A DNA stretch of 64,000 nucleotides, taken from a virus. The first letter of the stretch is position 1, and each line of letters opens with the position of its first letter. Below, in pieces: positions 37,869-47,102 of the stretch. A program made the position numbers and the translations under genes. The notes under the pieces were generated by a model. That model worked only from the letters and a program-made list of their open reading frames with translations. It ran no database searches and was not told the DNA's origin. Where the stretch lies: the IMG/VR virus record IMGVR_UViG_3300034101_002201, positions 1-64,000 of that record; one strand, written 5' to 3'.

Positions 37869-38601
37869 AATTATTGGTATTTCTGGTAGAAAACAATCTG
37901 GAAAAAATACTGTAGCAAATTACATTAATGGTCAGGTTTTAAAAGAAAGATCTATGATAAATGACTTTGCTATTGGCAATGATGGAAATTTACTAATAAA
38001 TACTCAGGATATAACTGGAACAAGTGGATATGGAATTTTTGACGTTACCAGAAAAGACAATGTTTTTATTGACTATGCTGAAAGAGAATTATGGCCTTAT
38101 ATAAAAGTATATCATTTTGCCGACTACCTAAAAGATATGTGCGTTAATTTATTTGGACTCAATTCTAAGAATGTATATGGCAATGATGATCAAAAGAATG
38201 AATTTACGCCATTCTTATGGGAAGATATGCCAACAGAAACAAATAAAATTGGATATATGACCCACAGGGAGTTTTTAGAGTACTTTGGGACTAAAATAAT
38301 AAGAAGAGTAAAATCAGACGCTTGGGTATATGCAACAATCAACAAAATACTAAATGAAGGTTCTCAGTTGGCTATTGTTCCAGATGTTAGATTTCCAAAC
38401 GAAGTCAAGGCTATTAAAGACAATGGTGGAATTGTTATAAGATTAAGTAGAAATATATTCAATAGCGATTCTGAATCGGAGTCATCGTTAGATAGTGATA
38501 AATTTGATTGGCACAATTTTGATCACGTTGTTGATAATCACAATATGACACTAGAAGTTCTATGCGATGAACTTAAAAACAATACTTTTTGGAGAATTTA
38601 A
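37861..38601 (+). CDS. Deoxynucleoside monophosphate kinase
   Basis: GISGRKQSGKNT, FADYLK, REFLEYFGT, PDVRFPNE. Confidence 0.85.
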   Translation: MVKIIGISGRKQSGKNTVANYINGQVLKERSMINDFAIGNDGNLLINTQDITGTSGYGIFDVTRKDNVFIDYAERELWPYIKVYHFADYLKDMCVNLFGLNSKNVYGNDDQKNEFTPFLWEDMPTETNKIGYMTHREFLEYFGTKIIRRVKSDAWVYATINKILNEGSQLAIVPDVRFPNEVKAIKDNGGIVIRLSRNIFNSDSESESSLDSDKFDWHNFDHVVDNHNMTLEVLCDELKNNTFWRI

Positions 38602-39621
38602 ATGTTAGTAACCTATATACGATCTTCTAGTTATAATAATTATGCGTACTGTCAGATGCAGTACTTTATAACATATGTGCTGGGACATCAACCCGACAGT
38701 GGGAAAAAAGCTGAACTAGGGACAATAGTTCATAAGGTTATGGAAGCATTAGCCCAACTTAAAAAGTACCAACAAGATAATCCTAAGAAAGCAACATTAA
38801 CAATAGAAGACGATGCCTTAAAAACAGTATCTGTCAAAAAAAATGATTTTCTTAAAAGCTCTACTGTGGAAAATTTGCTATCCAGAAGTTTTGATTTTTA
38901 TACTGGTGGATCTAAGCACACTTTTACTAAAAGCGATAAAGATTTGTGCTTAAAGCTTGTTTGGGATACATTAAAATATAACGACGGGCAGTTTGATCCT
39001 AGGCTTAGAAAGATAGTTGCAGCAGAACCTCATTTTGATATACCGATTGATGAAGATTGGGCTTTTTACGAATACGAAGTAAATGGTCAAAAGGTGAAGG
39101 GGCAATTAGCAATTAAGGGTACAATTGACTTAGTAACAGAAACAGAAGAAGGTATTATTGAAGTAATTGATTGGAAGACAGGTCGTAGGCTGGATTGGGC
39201 TACGGGTGAGGAAAAAACATATGGAAAATTATGTTCAGACCCTCAGTTATTGCTATATAATTATGCAATTTCTAAGCTTTTCCCACAATATAAGCAGTCA
39301 ATAATGAGCATCTTTTTTATTAAGGATGGTGGTCCATTTTCCATGTGTTTTGACAAAGCTGATGAAAAAAGATTTTTGGAGATGCTAAAGGAAAGATTCC
39401 TAGACATTAAAAATAATGAAAAACCACAGCCAATTTCACCAAATAGAGAAAATTGGAAATGTACCAAATTGTGCCATTATTGCAAAAATAACTGGCCGGG
39501 AACAGAAACCAACATGTGTATATATATAGAGAATAGCATCAAAACCAAAGGTATGGAAACTACAATTGATAACTGTACAAAAGAAGGATTTCAGATAGGG
39601 TTTTATTCAGCACCCGGATAA
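38602..39621 (+). CDS. PD-(D/E)XK exonuclease (Cas4/AddB-like)
   Basis: GTIVH, GTIDLV, IDWKTG, QLLLY, N-terminal Cys plus CTKLCHYC. Confidence 0.85.
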   Translation: MLVTYIRSSSYNNYAYCQMQYFITYVLGHQPDSGKKAELGTIVHKVMEALAQLKKYQQDNPKKATLTIEDDALKTVSVKKNDFLKSSTVENLLSRSFDFYTGGSKHTFTKSDKDLCLKLVWDTLKYNDGQFDPRLRKIVAAEPHFDIPIDEDWAFYEYEVNGQKVKGQLAIKGTIDLVTETEEGIIEVIDWKTGRRLDWATGEEKTYGKLCSDPQLLLYNYAISKLFPQYKQSIMSIFFIKDGGPFSMCFDKADEKRFLEMLKERFLDIKNNEKPQPISPNRENWKCTKLCHYCKNNWPGTETNMCIYIENSIKTKGMETTIDNCTKEGFQIGFYSAPG

Positions 39622-39630
39622 AGGAAAAAT

Positions 39631-40488
39631 ATGAGTAAATTGCTAAGTATAGGAATGTCAACTTATGATGATTTTGATGGCGTTTATTTTAGCGTACAAG
39701 CATTGAGATCATATCATAAAATTTTAAATGACATTGATTATGAAATAATAATAATAGACAATAATCCAGACAGCGAACACGGTAAGATGGTAAAGGGTTT
39801 GATAGGCTGGGTTGGCAATAATGGAAAATATATTCCATTTAAAGATAAACAAAGCACTTCCGTAAGAAATGAAATATTCAAAAATTCATCTGGCAAATAC
39901 ACAATTTCTATCGACTGTCACGTTTTAATAGAAAATGGTGGATTAGAATCATTATTAACTTACTACATGCAAAATCCAGACTGCAAAGACATAATTCAAG
40001 GCCCAATGCTATATGATAATTTAAAACAATACTCTACACACTTTTCTCCAGAATGGAGAGGACATATGTATGGTATTTGGGGGACAAATGAGGATGGATA
40101 TAATTCTGGTAAACCTTTTGAAATACCAATGATGGGATTGGGATTATTTTCATGCGAAACAAAAAATTGGCGTGGATTTAGTGAACATTTTAAGGGTTTT
40201 GGTGGCGAAGAAGGATATATACACGAAAAGTTTAGACTTAATGGCGGCAAAGCAATGTGCATACCACAACTAAAATGGATACATCGTTTTGGTAGGCCAT
40301 TTGGAGTCAAGTATCCGTTAATCTTAGAAGATAGAATATGGAATTATTTTGTGGGGTGGATAGAATTAACCAAAGATCCGAATCATCCCATGGTAACTGG
40401 TGCTTATAATCACTTCAAAAATTCTATACCTGCGGGTAGTATAGACAATATTTTATCTAATGCTAAAAAACTTATTTTAGGAGAATAA
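39631..40488 (+). CDS. GT-A (GT2-like) glycosyltransferase
   Basis: LSIGM, IIIIDN, SIDCH (DxH), GFGGEE. Confidence 0.8.
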   Translation: MSKLLSIGMSTYDDFDGVYFSVQALRSYHKILNDIDYEIIIIDNNPDSEHGKMVKGLIGWVGNNGKYIPFKDKQSTSVRNEIFKNSSGKYTISIDCHVLIENGGLESLLTYYMQNPDCKDIIQGPMLYDNLKQYSTHFSPEWRGHMYGIWGTNEDGYNSGKPFEIPMMGLGLFSCETKNWRGFSEHFKGFGGEEGYIHEKFRLNGGKAMCIPQLKWIHRFGRPFGVKYPLILEDRIWNYFVGWIELTKDPNHPMVTGAYNHFKNSIPAGSIDNILSNAKKLILGE

Positions 40489-40489
40489 T

Positions 40490-41497
40490 ATGCCAATTCC
40501 ACAACGTAGTAAAGATGAAAATAAAGATAAATTTGTTTCTAGATGTATGGGAAATGAAACGATGAAAAAAGAATATCCAGATTCTCAACAGAGAGTTGCA
40601 ATATGTATAGATCAAGCAACATCTGACTGCGGATGCGTTGAGGCCGCAGACTTTAAATTACAAATGGAAGCATATGGATATGAAGAAGAATTAACAGAAG
40701 AAAATCTACACATACCATTAGAAGCAGAATATGAAGACTTTGGCGAAGAAACAGAAGAATATGACATAGCAGCAGAAAAACCGGGATTATGGGAAAATAT
40801 AAGAAAGAAAAAAGATAGAATGGGTAAGAAATACAAACCCGCCAAACCCGGAGATCCAGATCGTCCAGATCCAAAGTCATGGAAAAAGGCACAATCAGAC
40901 GGTGGTGACGAGATGGCTTTAGAACAAATACAGAAGATGCATGATCAATTGATGGAAATAGTAACCAAATTAAAAGTCATGTCACTACCAGTAGAGTTCC
41001 AAGATTGGACTAAGGATATGATTTCTAAGGCAGAGATTTATATACAGAATGTATATGACTTTGTTAAGTATTATGAGCCGGGAAAATATGAAGATGAATA
41101 TGTAGAAGATCCATCAGAAGTCAAGACAGAAGAACCAGAAATGGAAGAAGGTTCATATGAATATCAAGATCCGCAAACTGGCGAGGTATATACTTACAAA
41201 CGACGAGGATATTATGAAAAAAATGGTAGAACACTTTTATATTTAGGAGAAGCAAGCGAATATCAAGGCAGAAAAGTTACTCTGAATAAACCATTCAGAA
41301 CTTCTAATGGTCCTAAAAAGTTTGCAGTATATGTCAAAAATGAGAGTGGAAATGTCGTGATTGTTAGATTTGGCGATCCAAATATGACAATAAAGAAAAA
41401 CATTCCAGAAAGACGTAAGAGTTTTAGAGCCAGACACAATTGTGACAATCCGGGTCCAAAATGGAAGGCCCGATATTGGGCTTGTAAGAGTTGGTAA
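40490..41497 (+). CDS. Modular charged protein, possible head-internal polyprotein
   Basis: Modules MPIP..FVSRCM, KPGLWENIRKK, YEYQDPQTGE, YQGRKVTLNKP..RRKSFRARHNC separated by Glu-rich linkers. Confidence 0.7.
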   Translation: MPIPQRSKDENKDKFVSRCMGNETMKKEYPDSQQRVAICIDQATSDCGCVEAADFKLQMEAYGYEEELTEENLHIPLEAEYEDFGEETEEYDIAAEKPGLWENIRKKKDRMGKKYKPAKPGDPDRPDPKSWKKAQSDGGDEMALEQIQKMHDQLMEIVTKLKVMSLPVEFQDWTKDMISKAEIYIQNVYDFVKYYEPGKYEDEYVEDPSEVKTEEPEMEEGSYEYQDPQTGEVYTYKRRGYYEKNGRTLLYLGEASEYQGRKVTLNKPFRTSNGPKKFAVYVKNESGNVVIVRFGDPNMTIKKNIPERRKSFRARHNCDNPGPKWKARYWACKSW

Positions 41498-41515
41498 TAG
41501 ACAACGGGGGTTCTA

Positions 41516-42163
41516 GTGTTAGATAGCATAAAAGACATAGATCATATACTTCAAAGTAAAAAAATAAATGACCTCAAATATACAGAAAATCCTAAAAAAT
41601 TTAATGTAAAATATGGTTTAACATGGAAGGATATACTAGAACCCCCACCGTCAAACGATAGCTTAATAGTTGCAGATGAATTAAATTATCTGTCTAGATT
41701 AACACCTAATCTTTCAAACTCTCAAATAGATTTGATAAAAATTGTCGATGATGACCCAAAACACTTATTTAATCAAACATTGTATAAACGTGGTTTAGAA
41801 TTTCCAGAGGATATATTCAACAAATATTACAACATTATAGATGATTATATCTTAGCAGTTAAATATCATTTTAACAGGGTAAAACCAGAATATTTAGGAA
41901 ATATACTGGGAAAAAAAATAAACGTTATCGAATCCAAAACCACAAAAACGCCATCATATCCATCTGGACACACTTGTTATGCCGTGTTAGCATCGATTTT
42001 ATGTTCTAGATTGTATCCAGCTTTAATAAATGAATTCAGAGAAAATGTTAAAATAACTGCATACTGTAGAGAAATGCAGGGTGTACATTATCCATCGGAT
42101 AATAAAGCCTCTATTATTTTTACAGAGTCCATTTTTGATCAGTTGCATAAGATACTTGGTTAG
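41516..42163 (+). CDS. PAP2-superfamily acid phosphatase
   Basis: KYHFNRVKP, PSYPSGH, REMQGVHYPSD. Confidence 0.85.
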   Translation: MLDSIKDIDHILQSKKINDLKYTENPKKFNVKYGLTWKDILEPPPSNDSLIVADELNYLSRLTPNLSNSQIDLIKIVDDDPKHLFNQTLYKRGLEFPEDIFNKYYNIIDDYILAVKYHFNRVKPEYLGNILGKKINVIESKTTKTPSYPSGHTCYAVLASILCSRLYPALINEFRENVKITAYCREMQGVHYPSDNKASIIFTESIFDQLHKILG

Positions 42164-42171
42164 GCTATAAT
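42164..42171 (+). promoter_or_regulatory. GCTATAAT element (class B)
   Basis: Intergenic, ~35 nt before dnaE-N start. Confidence 0.55.
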
Positions 42172-42206
42172 AAGCTTGACCATCGCTACTTGCTTAGGAG
42201 ATTGCT

Positions 42207-43838
42207 GTGAATTGGTTCCCATTGAAGAATTTTACTCATTATAGTTTGCTAAAAGGTTATTCGAAGCCAGAGGAACTGTCAAAAAAATGCAAGGATAATG
42301 GATATCCAGCATGTGGCATTTGTGATTATAAGACATTATCTGGTGCGGTTGCTTTTTATAAAGCCTGCAAAAAACATGGCATAAAGCCCATCATTGGATG
42401 TTCATTTGATTTTGCTACACTTTTTGCCAAGAATAAAGATGGATGGTACGAGTTGATTGAGATGGTTTCGTCATTAGATGAAAATGGTAAGTTGCCAGAA
42501 CAATATGAAAATATAGATATTAGTAAAAATCTGATTAGTATCTATAATGCTCCTACTGAGTCAATGCCTATTAGTTATTACACTAATAGAGAAGACGCAA
42601 AACTTCACAGAGTATTATTATGTTCTGATATGAAGACTACGCTACCAAAAATAAAGAAAAGCATTAGGCCAGACAACAATGGTGGTATCAATGTAGACTC
42701 AAAATATCCACAAGAGCATATGGATAAATTAGTGTATTTCATGCAAGACTCTTTTTATGTCAAAGATAAGGATGAATCCAAGAGTCTAGATACGTCTAAA
42801 CTAAAAGAGATTTATGACCAGTGCGAAGACTATAATATTCTCAGCAAACCAATGTTGCCTAAATTTGAATGTCCAAAAGGGGCATCAGAAGAAGATTATC
42901 TCAAAGAACTATGTCGTATTGGCTGGAAGAATATATTAATAGATCAAAACAAAGTATCAAACGAAGAAGATAAGCAGAAGTATTTGAGTAGATTCAAGGA
43001 AGAGTTTGACGTTATTAAAGATGCTAATCTATTCGGATATTTTCTTATTGTGCGTGATATTATCAAACACGTTAATGATATGGGTTGGCTATCTGGCCCC
43101 GGTAGAGGATCTGCCGCAGGTTGTTTAATCTCATACTTAATTGGTATCACAAAGATTGATCCAATAGAGTTTGACCTTCTATTTGCAAGATTTTATAATG
43201 CTGGACGAAATAGTGCTGATCATATATCTCTACCAGATATTGATATAGATGTTCCCGGTACTAAACGTGATGAAATTATTGCATATCTAAAAGATAAGTA
43301 TGGTAGCAGTCGAGTTAGCCAAATGTTAACATTCGGCAGACTTCAAGGAAAGAGTGCTATTAAGGAAGTTTTGCGTGTTAATGAGGCTTGCTCATTCTCT
43401 GAAATGAATGCTATAAGTAACTGCATACCAGATGAAGCAAGAATCTCAGACCAATTAGCAGAAATGGATGATGAAGATCGATCTATTATTAAGTGGGCTT
43501 TAATCAATAACTCTGATGATTTAAAAGATTTCTGTAGAATATCAGAAGATGGAAAACTTGAGGGAGAGTATGCTGCGTATTTTGAGCAAGCTATTCAGAT
43601 AGAAGGAACTTTCAAAACTCAAGGAAAACATGCGGCTGGTGTTGTGATTTCAGCAGAACCTTTACAAAAAGTATGCCCAATGGTAAAACAAAAAGGATCA
43701 TCAGAAAAGGTGGCTGGACTTGAAATGGCAGACTTAGAGGCACTGGGTCATGTAAAGTTTGACGTTCTAGGAATCAATTTGCTAGATAAAATCATGAAAA
43801 TTCAAGATATAATAAAAGGGGAAACATGTTATTCTTAG
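42207..43838 (+). CDS. dnaE: DNA polymerase III alpha, N-terminal part (degenerate PHP + palm)
   Basis: GPGRGSAAG, PDIDID, HAAGVVIS, KFDVLG near the C-terminus. Confidence 0.93.
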   Translation: MNWFPLKNFTHYSLLKGYSKPEELSKKCKDNGYPACGICDYKTLSGAVAFYKACKKHGIKPIIGCSFDFATLFAKNKDGWYELIEMVSSLDENGKLPEQYENIDISKNLISIYNAPTESMPISYYTNREDAKLHRVLLCSDMKTTLPKIKKSIRPDNNGGINVDSKYPQEHMDKLVYFMQDSFYVKDKDESKSLDTSKLKEIYDQCEDYNILSKPMLPKFECPKGASEEDYLKELCRIGWKNILIDQNKVSNEEDKQKYLSRFKEEFDVIKDANLFGYFLIVRDIIKHVNDMGWLSGPGRGSAAGCLISYLIGITKIDPIEFDLLFARFYNAGRNSADHISLPDIDIDVPGTKRDEIIAYLKDKYGSSRVSQMLTFGRLQGKSAIKEVLRVNEACSFSEMNAISNCIPDEARISDQLAEMDDEDRSIIKWALINNSDDLKDFCRISEDGKLEGEYAAYFEQAIQIEGTFKTQGKHAAGVVISAEPLQKVCPMVKQKGSSEKVAGLEMADLEALGHVKFDVLGINLLDKIMKIQDIIKGETCYS

Positions 43839-44500
43839 AAGATGTAAAAAAGAATTTTCCAAATTTGAAAAATATTTTTGAAGTTGGAGCGCATCGTGGT
43901 GGTGATATATTTGATATAATTTCTATTTGGCCAGACGCTAATATATATGCCTTTGAAGCAGATCCTACTAACTTTTCAATACTGAACAACAAGTTTGCTG
44001 AACGTGATAAAGTTCATACATATCATATGGCAGTAACAGATACTAGCGGATCTGTAACTTTCAATAGATATTATCCACTTGACACTATAAATGATGAAGA
44101 TACTTTTGTAGGACAAAATTGCCAAAATACTGGGCAAGGTTCTATTTTAAAACCCGGTAAAGGGATGAAAGAAATTTTCAAAGTCAATAATGTTTATCAG
44201 ACCTTTGATGTAGAGTCTATAAGCCTTTATGATTTTTGTAATAGATTCAATGTTGATTCAATAGATGCAATCTTTATGGATGTACAAGGTGCAGAATATA
44301 ATGTATTTATTGGTTGTGAGAGTATGATTGATACATTGCAGGCGACTATCTTCGAATGGTCTAAAAACTACATAATGTATGAAGGAGAGACATCATTCGA
44401 TGATATAGCTAATTTTTTAAATAAGAACGGGTTAACTGAAACCAGTCGAGAATATCAGTTTTTTGAAATATCTGGAGACTCACTATTTGTGAGAAAATAA
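43826..44500 (+). CDS. FkbM-family methyltransferase
   Basis: FEVGAHRG, YAFEAD, MDVQGAE. Confidence 0.85.
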   Translation: MLFLEDVKKNFPNLKNIFEVGAHRGGDIFDIISIWPDANIYAFEADPTNFSILNNKFAERDKVHTYHMAVTDTSGSVTFNRYYPLDTINDEDTFVGQNCQNTGQGSILKPGKGMKEIFKVNNVYQTFDVESISLYDFCNRFNVDSIDAIFMDVQGAEYNVFIGCESMIDTLQATIFEWSKNYIMYEGETSFDDIANFLNKNGLTETSREYQFFEISGDSLFVRK

Positions 44501-45180
44501 TGGCTAATAGGGACTATATTATATTTGACTTTGAAACAGGATCACGCAATCCACATCGCACTCAGCCAACACAAATTGCTGCTATTGCTTTAGATGGAAG
44601 AACATTACAGATGAAGGGGCAATTCAATAGTGAAATTAAGCCTATTTTTGATGATGAAAAGGCTATAGCGGCTGGTTTTGATCCCATACAAGATGAAGCT
44701 TTAAAGATAACAAAGAAAACAAGAGAACAGTTAGAATTAGCACCATCTTTAAAAGCAGTATGGACTAAGTTTACAAAGTTCGTTGATCAGTACAATTGGA
44801 AGGGTGAAGCATTTTTTAATCCTATTCCAGTTGGTTTTAACATCATTGGCTTTGATATGCACATTATAAATAGACTGTGTAAAGAATTTGGACCTTGGGA
44901 CAAGGAGAGAGAGCAGCAAAAACTATTTAGTAGAGTCTATAAAATAGATATCATGGATAGTGTATTTGCTTGGACTGAAAGCGATCCAAGTGTTAGATCT
45001 ATAAGTATGGATTCACTACGCGAGAGAATGGGGTTAAGCTTTGATAATGCTCACGATGCTTTACAGGACGTTAAGGATGAGGCAAATATATTCATTAAAA
45101 TTATGAAAACTCATCGTGCGGTATATCAAAATATGAACTTTGACAAGGCATTTGCTGACGGAAATTTGTATGTTAAATGA
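44500..45180 (+). CDS. DEDDh 3'-5' exonuclease (epsilon-like)
   Basis: FDFETG, GFNIIGFD, AHDALQD. Confidence 0.88.
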   Translation: MANRDYIIFDFETGSRNPHRTQPTQIAAIALDGRTLQMKGQFNSEIKPIFDDEKAIAAGFDPIQDEALKITKKTREQLELAPSLKAVWTKFTKFVDQYNWKGEAFFNPIPVGFNIIGFDMHIINRLCKEFGPWDKEREQQKLFSRVYKIDIMDSVFAWTESDPSVRSISMDSLRERMGLSFDNAHDALQDVKDEANIFIKIMKTHRAVYQNMNFDKAFADGNLYVK

Positions 45181-46741
45181 TTTAGATTATAATGATAAAG
45201 CAACTTGGCAACTGTTTGCAGAAGGCAAGACTAAGGGGATCTTTCAATTAGAAAGTAACCTTGGAAAATCATGGTCCAAAAAGTTAGCACCGACCAATAT
45301 AGAAGAATTATCAGCACTAATTGCTATTATTAGGCCGGGAACCTTAAAAGCAATTGTTGATGGTAAAAGTATGACACAGCATTACATTGACCGTAAGCAC
45401 GGTAGAGAAGAAGTAACATATCTTCACCCCGCATTAGAAGAGATTTTAAAGCCAACATATGGTGTTCTTGTATATCAAGAGCAGTCCATGCGTATAGCTG
45501 AGAAAATAGCTGGCTTCAATTTACAGGAGGCAGACGTTCTTCGTAAGGCCATTGGAAAGAAAAAAGCTGACCTCATGAATGAAGTCAAAAAATCATTCAT
45601 AGCCGGTGCAGAACGTGTTGGAATCGTAGGCAAGGAGAACGCTGAAGAAATCTTTGGATGGATTGAGAAATCATCAAGATATGCATTCAATAAATCTCAC
45701 AGTGTTTCATACGCTGTATGTTCTTATTGGAGTGCATATTTTAAGGCTCATAATACCAAGGAATTCTTTTTGTCTTACCTGTTCTACGCGAATGAAAAGC
45801 AAGACCCTCATCAAGAAGTTTATGAATTAATATCTGAGGCCAAACTATTTGATATTGAGACAAGAACTCCAAGTTTGATCAACTTTGAAAGAAAGTTCAA
45901 CATTAAGCGTGGTAAGATATACTTTGGTATTAAAGATATCAAGTCATTAACTGGTGCGACGGGAGACAAGTTAATAGAGACTATAAATGAAGCTGAGAAG
46001 ACTTTGAGTAAGACGGTAAAAGAATTTACTTGGCTTGAAATCCTACTTTTCATAGGATCAAATATTAGTTCTACTGCATTCAAAGCTTTAGCTTCAATAG
46101 GATTTTTTAGAAATTTCAAGGGTAATGTTACTAGGAACAAAGCCCTTTATGATTATGAAATTTACAGAACTCTCACCAAAGCAGAACAGACTTGGATATT
46201 AAATCATTATGATGATAAAAAATGGGATTCTTTCGTAGATTGCTTGAGAGATTTAGCACCGACCAAAAAAGAGGGCGGTGGAACTAGCAAAGCTGACAGG
46301 AAGCAGGCTATAGAAAATGAGATACAACTATTAGTAAGTCCACCATATGATCTAGAAGATGATCCAACTTGGATTATAGATCAAGAGGTTAAATTTCTCG
46401 GATGTCCAGTTACAATGACAAAAGTAGAAACATCTGACACTTCTGCTGCTAACACAACTTGTAAAGAAATAATAAATGGTAAAAAGGGAAAAGATATGTG
46501 CATAGTAGCTAATATCCAAAGATTATCAGATTATACCATTAATAAGGGTGAATCTAAAGGTCAGGTGATGTCATTTTTAACTATAGAAGATGACACCTGT
46601 ATTCTAGATAGCGTGATAGCATTTCCAAAAGTAAGAGAAAAATACAAATATATAATGTATGAAGGCAACAATTTAATATTCTGCGGATCAGTTAGTGATA
46701 AAGATGGTTCTTTTATAATTGAAAAAATACATGAAGTGTAG
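45170..46741 (+). CDS. dnaE: DNA polymerase III alpha, C-terminal part (fingers, HhH, OB)
   Basis: GIFQLES, IRPG, TYGVLVYQEQ, LRKAIGKK, YAFNKSH, FLTIED. Confidence 0.93.
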   Translation: MLNDLDYNDKATWQLFAEGKTKGIFQLESNLGKSWSKKLAPTNIEELSALIAIIRPGTLKAIVDGKSMTQHYIDRKHGREEVTYLHPALEEILKPTYGVLVYQEQSMRIAEKIAGFNLQEADVLRKAIGKKKADLMNEVKKSFIAGAERVGIVGKENAEEIFGWIEKSSRYAFNKSHSVSYAVCSYWSAYFKAHNTKEFFLSYLFYANEKQDPHQEVYELISEAKLFDIETRTPSLINFERKFNIKRGKIYFGIKDIKSLTGATGDKLIETINEAEKTLSKTVKEFTWLEILLFIGSNISSTAFKALASIGFFRNFKGNVTRNKALYDYEIYRTLTKAEQTWILNHYDDKKWDSFVDCLRDLAPTKKEGGGTSKADRKQAIENEIQLLVSPPYDLEDDPTWIIDQEVKFLGCPVTMTKVETSDTSAANTTCKEIINGKKGKDMCIVANIQRLSDYTINKGESKGQVMSFLTIEDDTCILDSVIAFPKVREKYKYIMYEGNNLIFCGSVSDKDGSFIIEKIHEV

Positions 46742-46790
46742 AGTGTTTTATTGGTTTGTTGTTGCTAATATATTAAGATAGGAGAAAAAA

Positions 46791-47102
46791 ATGAATATGT
46801 GTTCCTTTACGGGATATTTGGTGGAAAATCCAAGAATCTCAATGGTTGGCGATGTTGTTTTAGCTGAATTTTTAATGGTAATCTATACCTATCGGAAAAC
46901 AAAAACCGGGGAAAAAAACAGAATACCAACTTATATAAATTGCGAGGCATGGCATACAGGTGCTGAAACACTAGAAAAATATGCCATTAAAGGAACTAAA
47001 TTAGTGGTTCATGCTTCTGCTAAAAATGTATCTAAAGAAACAAGCGATATAGTTTTTAGAATTAATGAGTTCGATTTTTGTCATAAGGACTTTGAAGACT
47101 AA
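46791..47102 (+). CDS. Second, divergent SSB-like OB-fold protein
   Basis: MNMCSFTGYL, INCEAW...AE, KGTKLVV. Confidence 0.7.
   Translation: MNMCSFTGYLVENPRISMVGDVVLAEFLMVIYTYRKTKTGEKNRIPTYINCEAWHTGAETLEKYAIKGTKLVVHASAKNVSKETSDIVFRINEFDFCHKDFED

Noticed and set aside
38602-39621. Cas4-like gene as sign of CRISPR-Cas
   Set aside because: No repeat-spacer array or other cas genes seen; solo Cas4-like nucleases are common in phage replication modules
40218-40224. GTGTATA on minus strand
   Set aside because: Inside a + gene with no minus-strand gene downstream; likely chance
43700-45250. Split intein or intron at the dnaE junction
   Set aside because: No intein N-terminal block or HN-C/S/T end; gap filled by two intact overlapping genes
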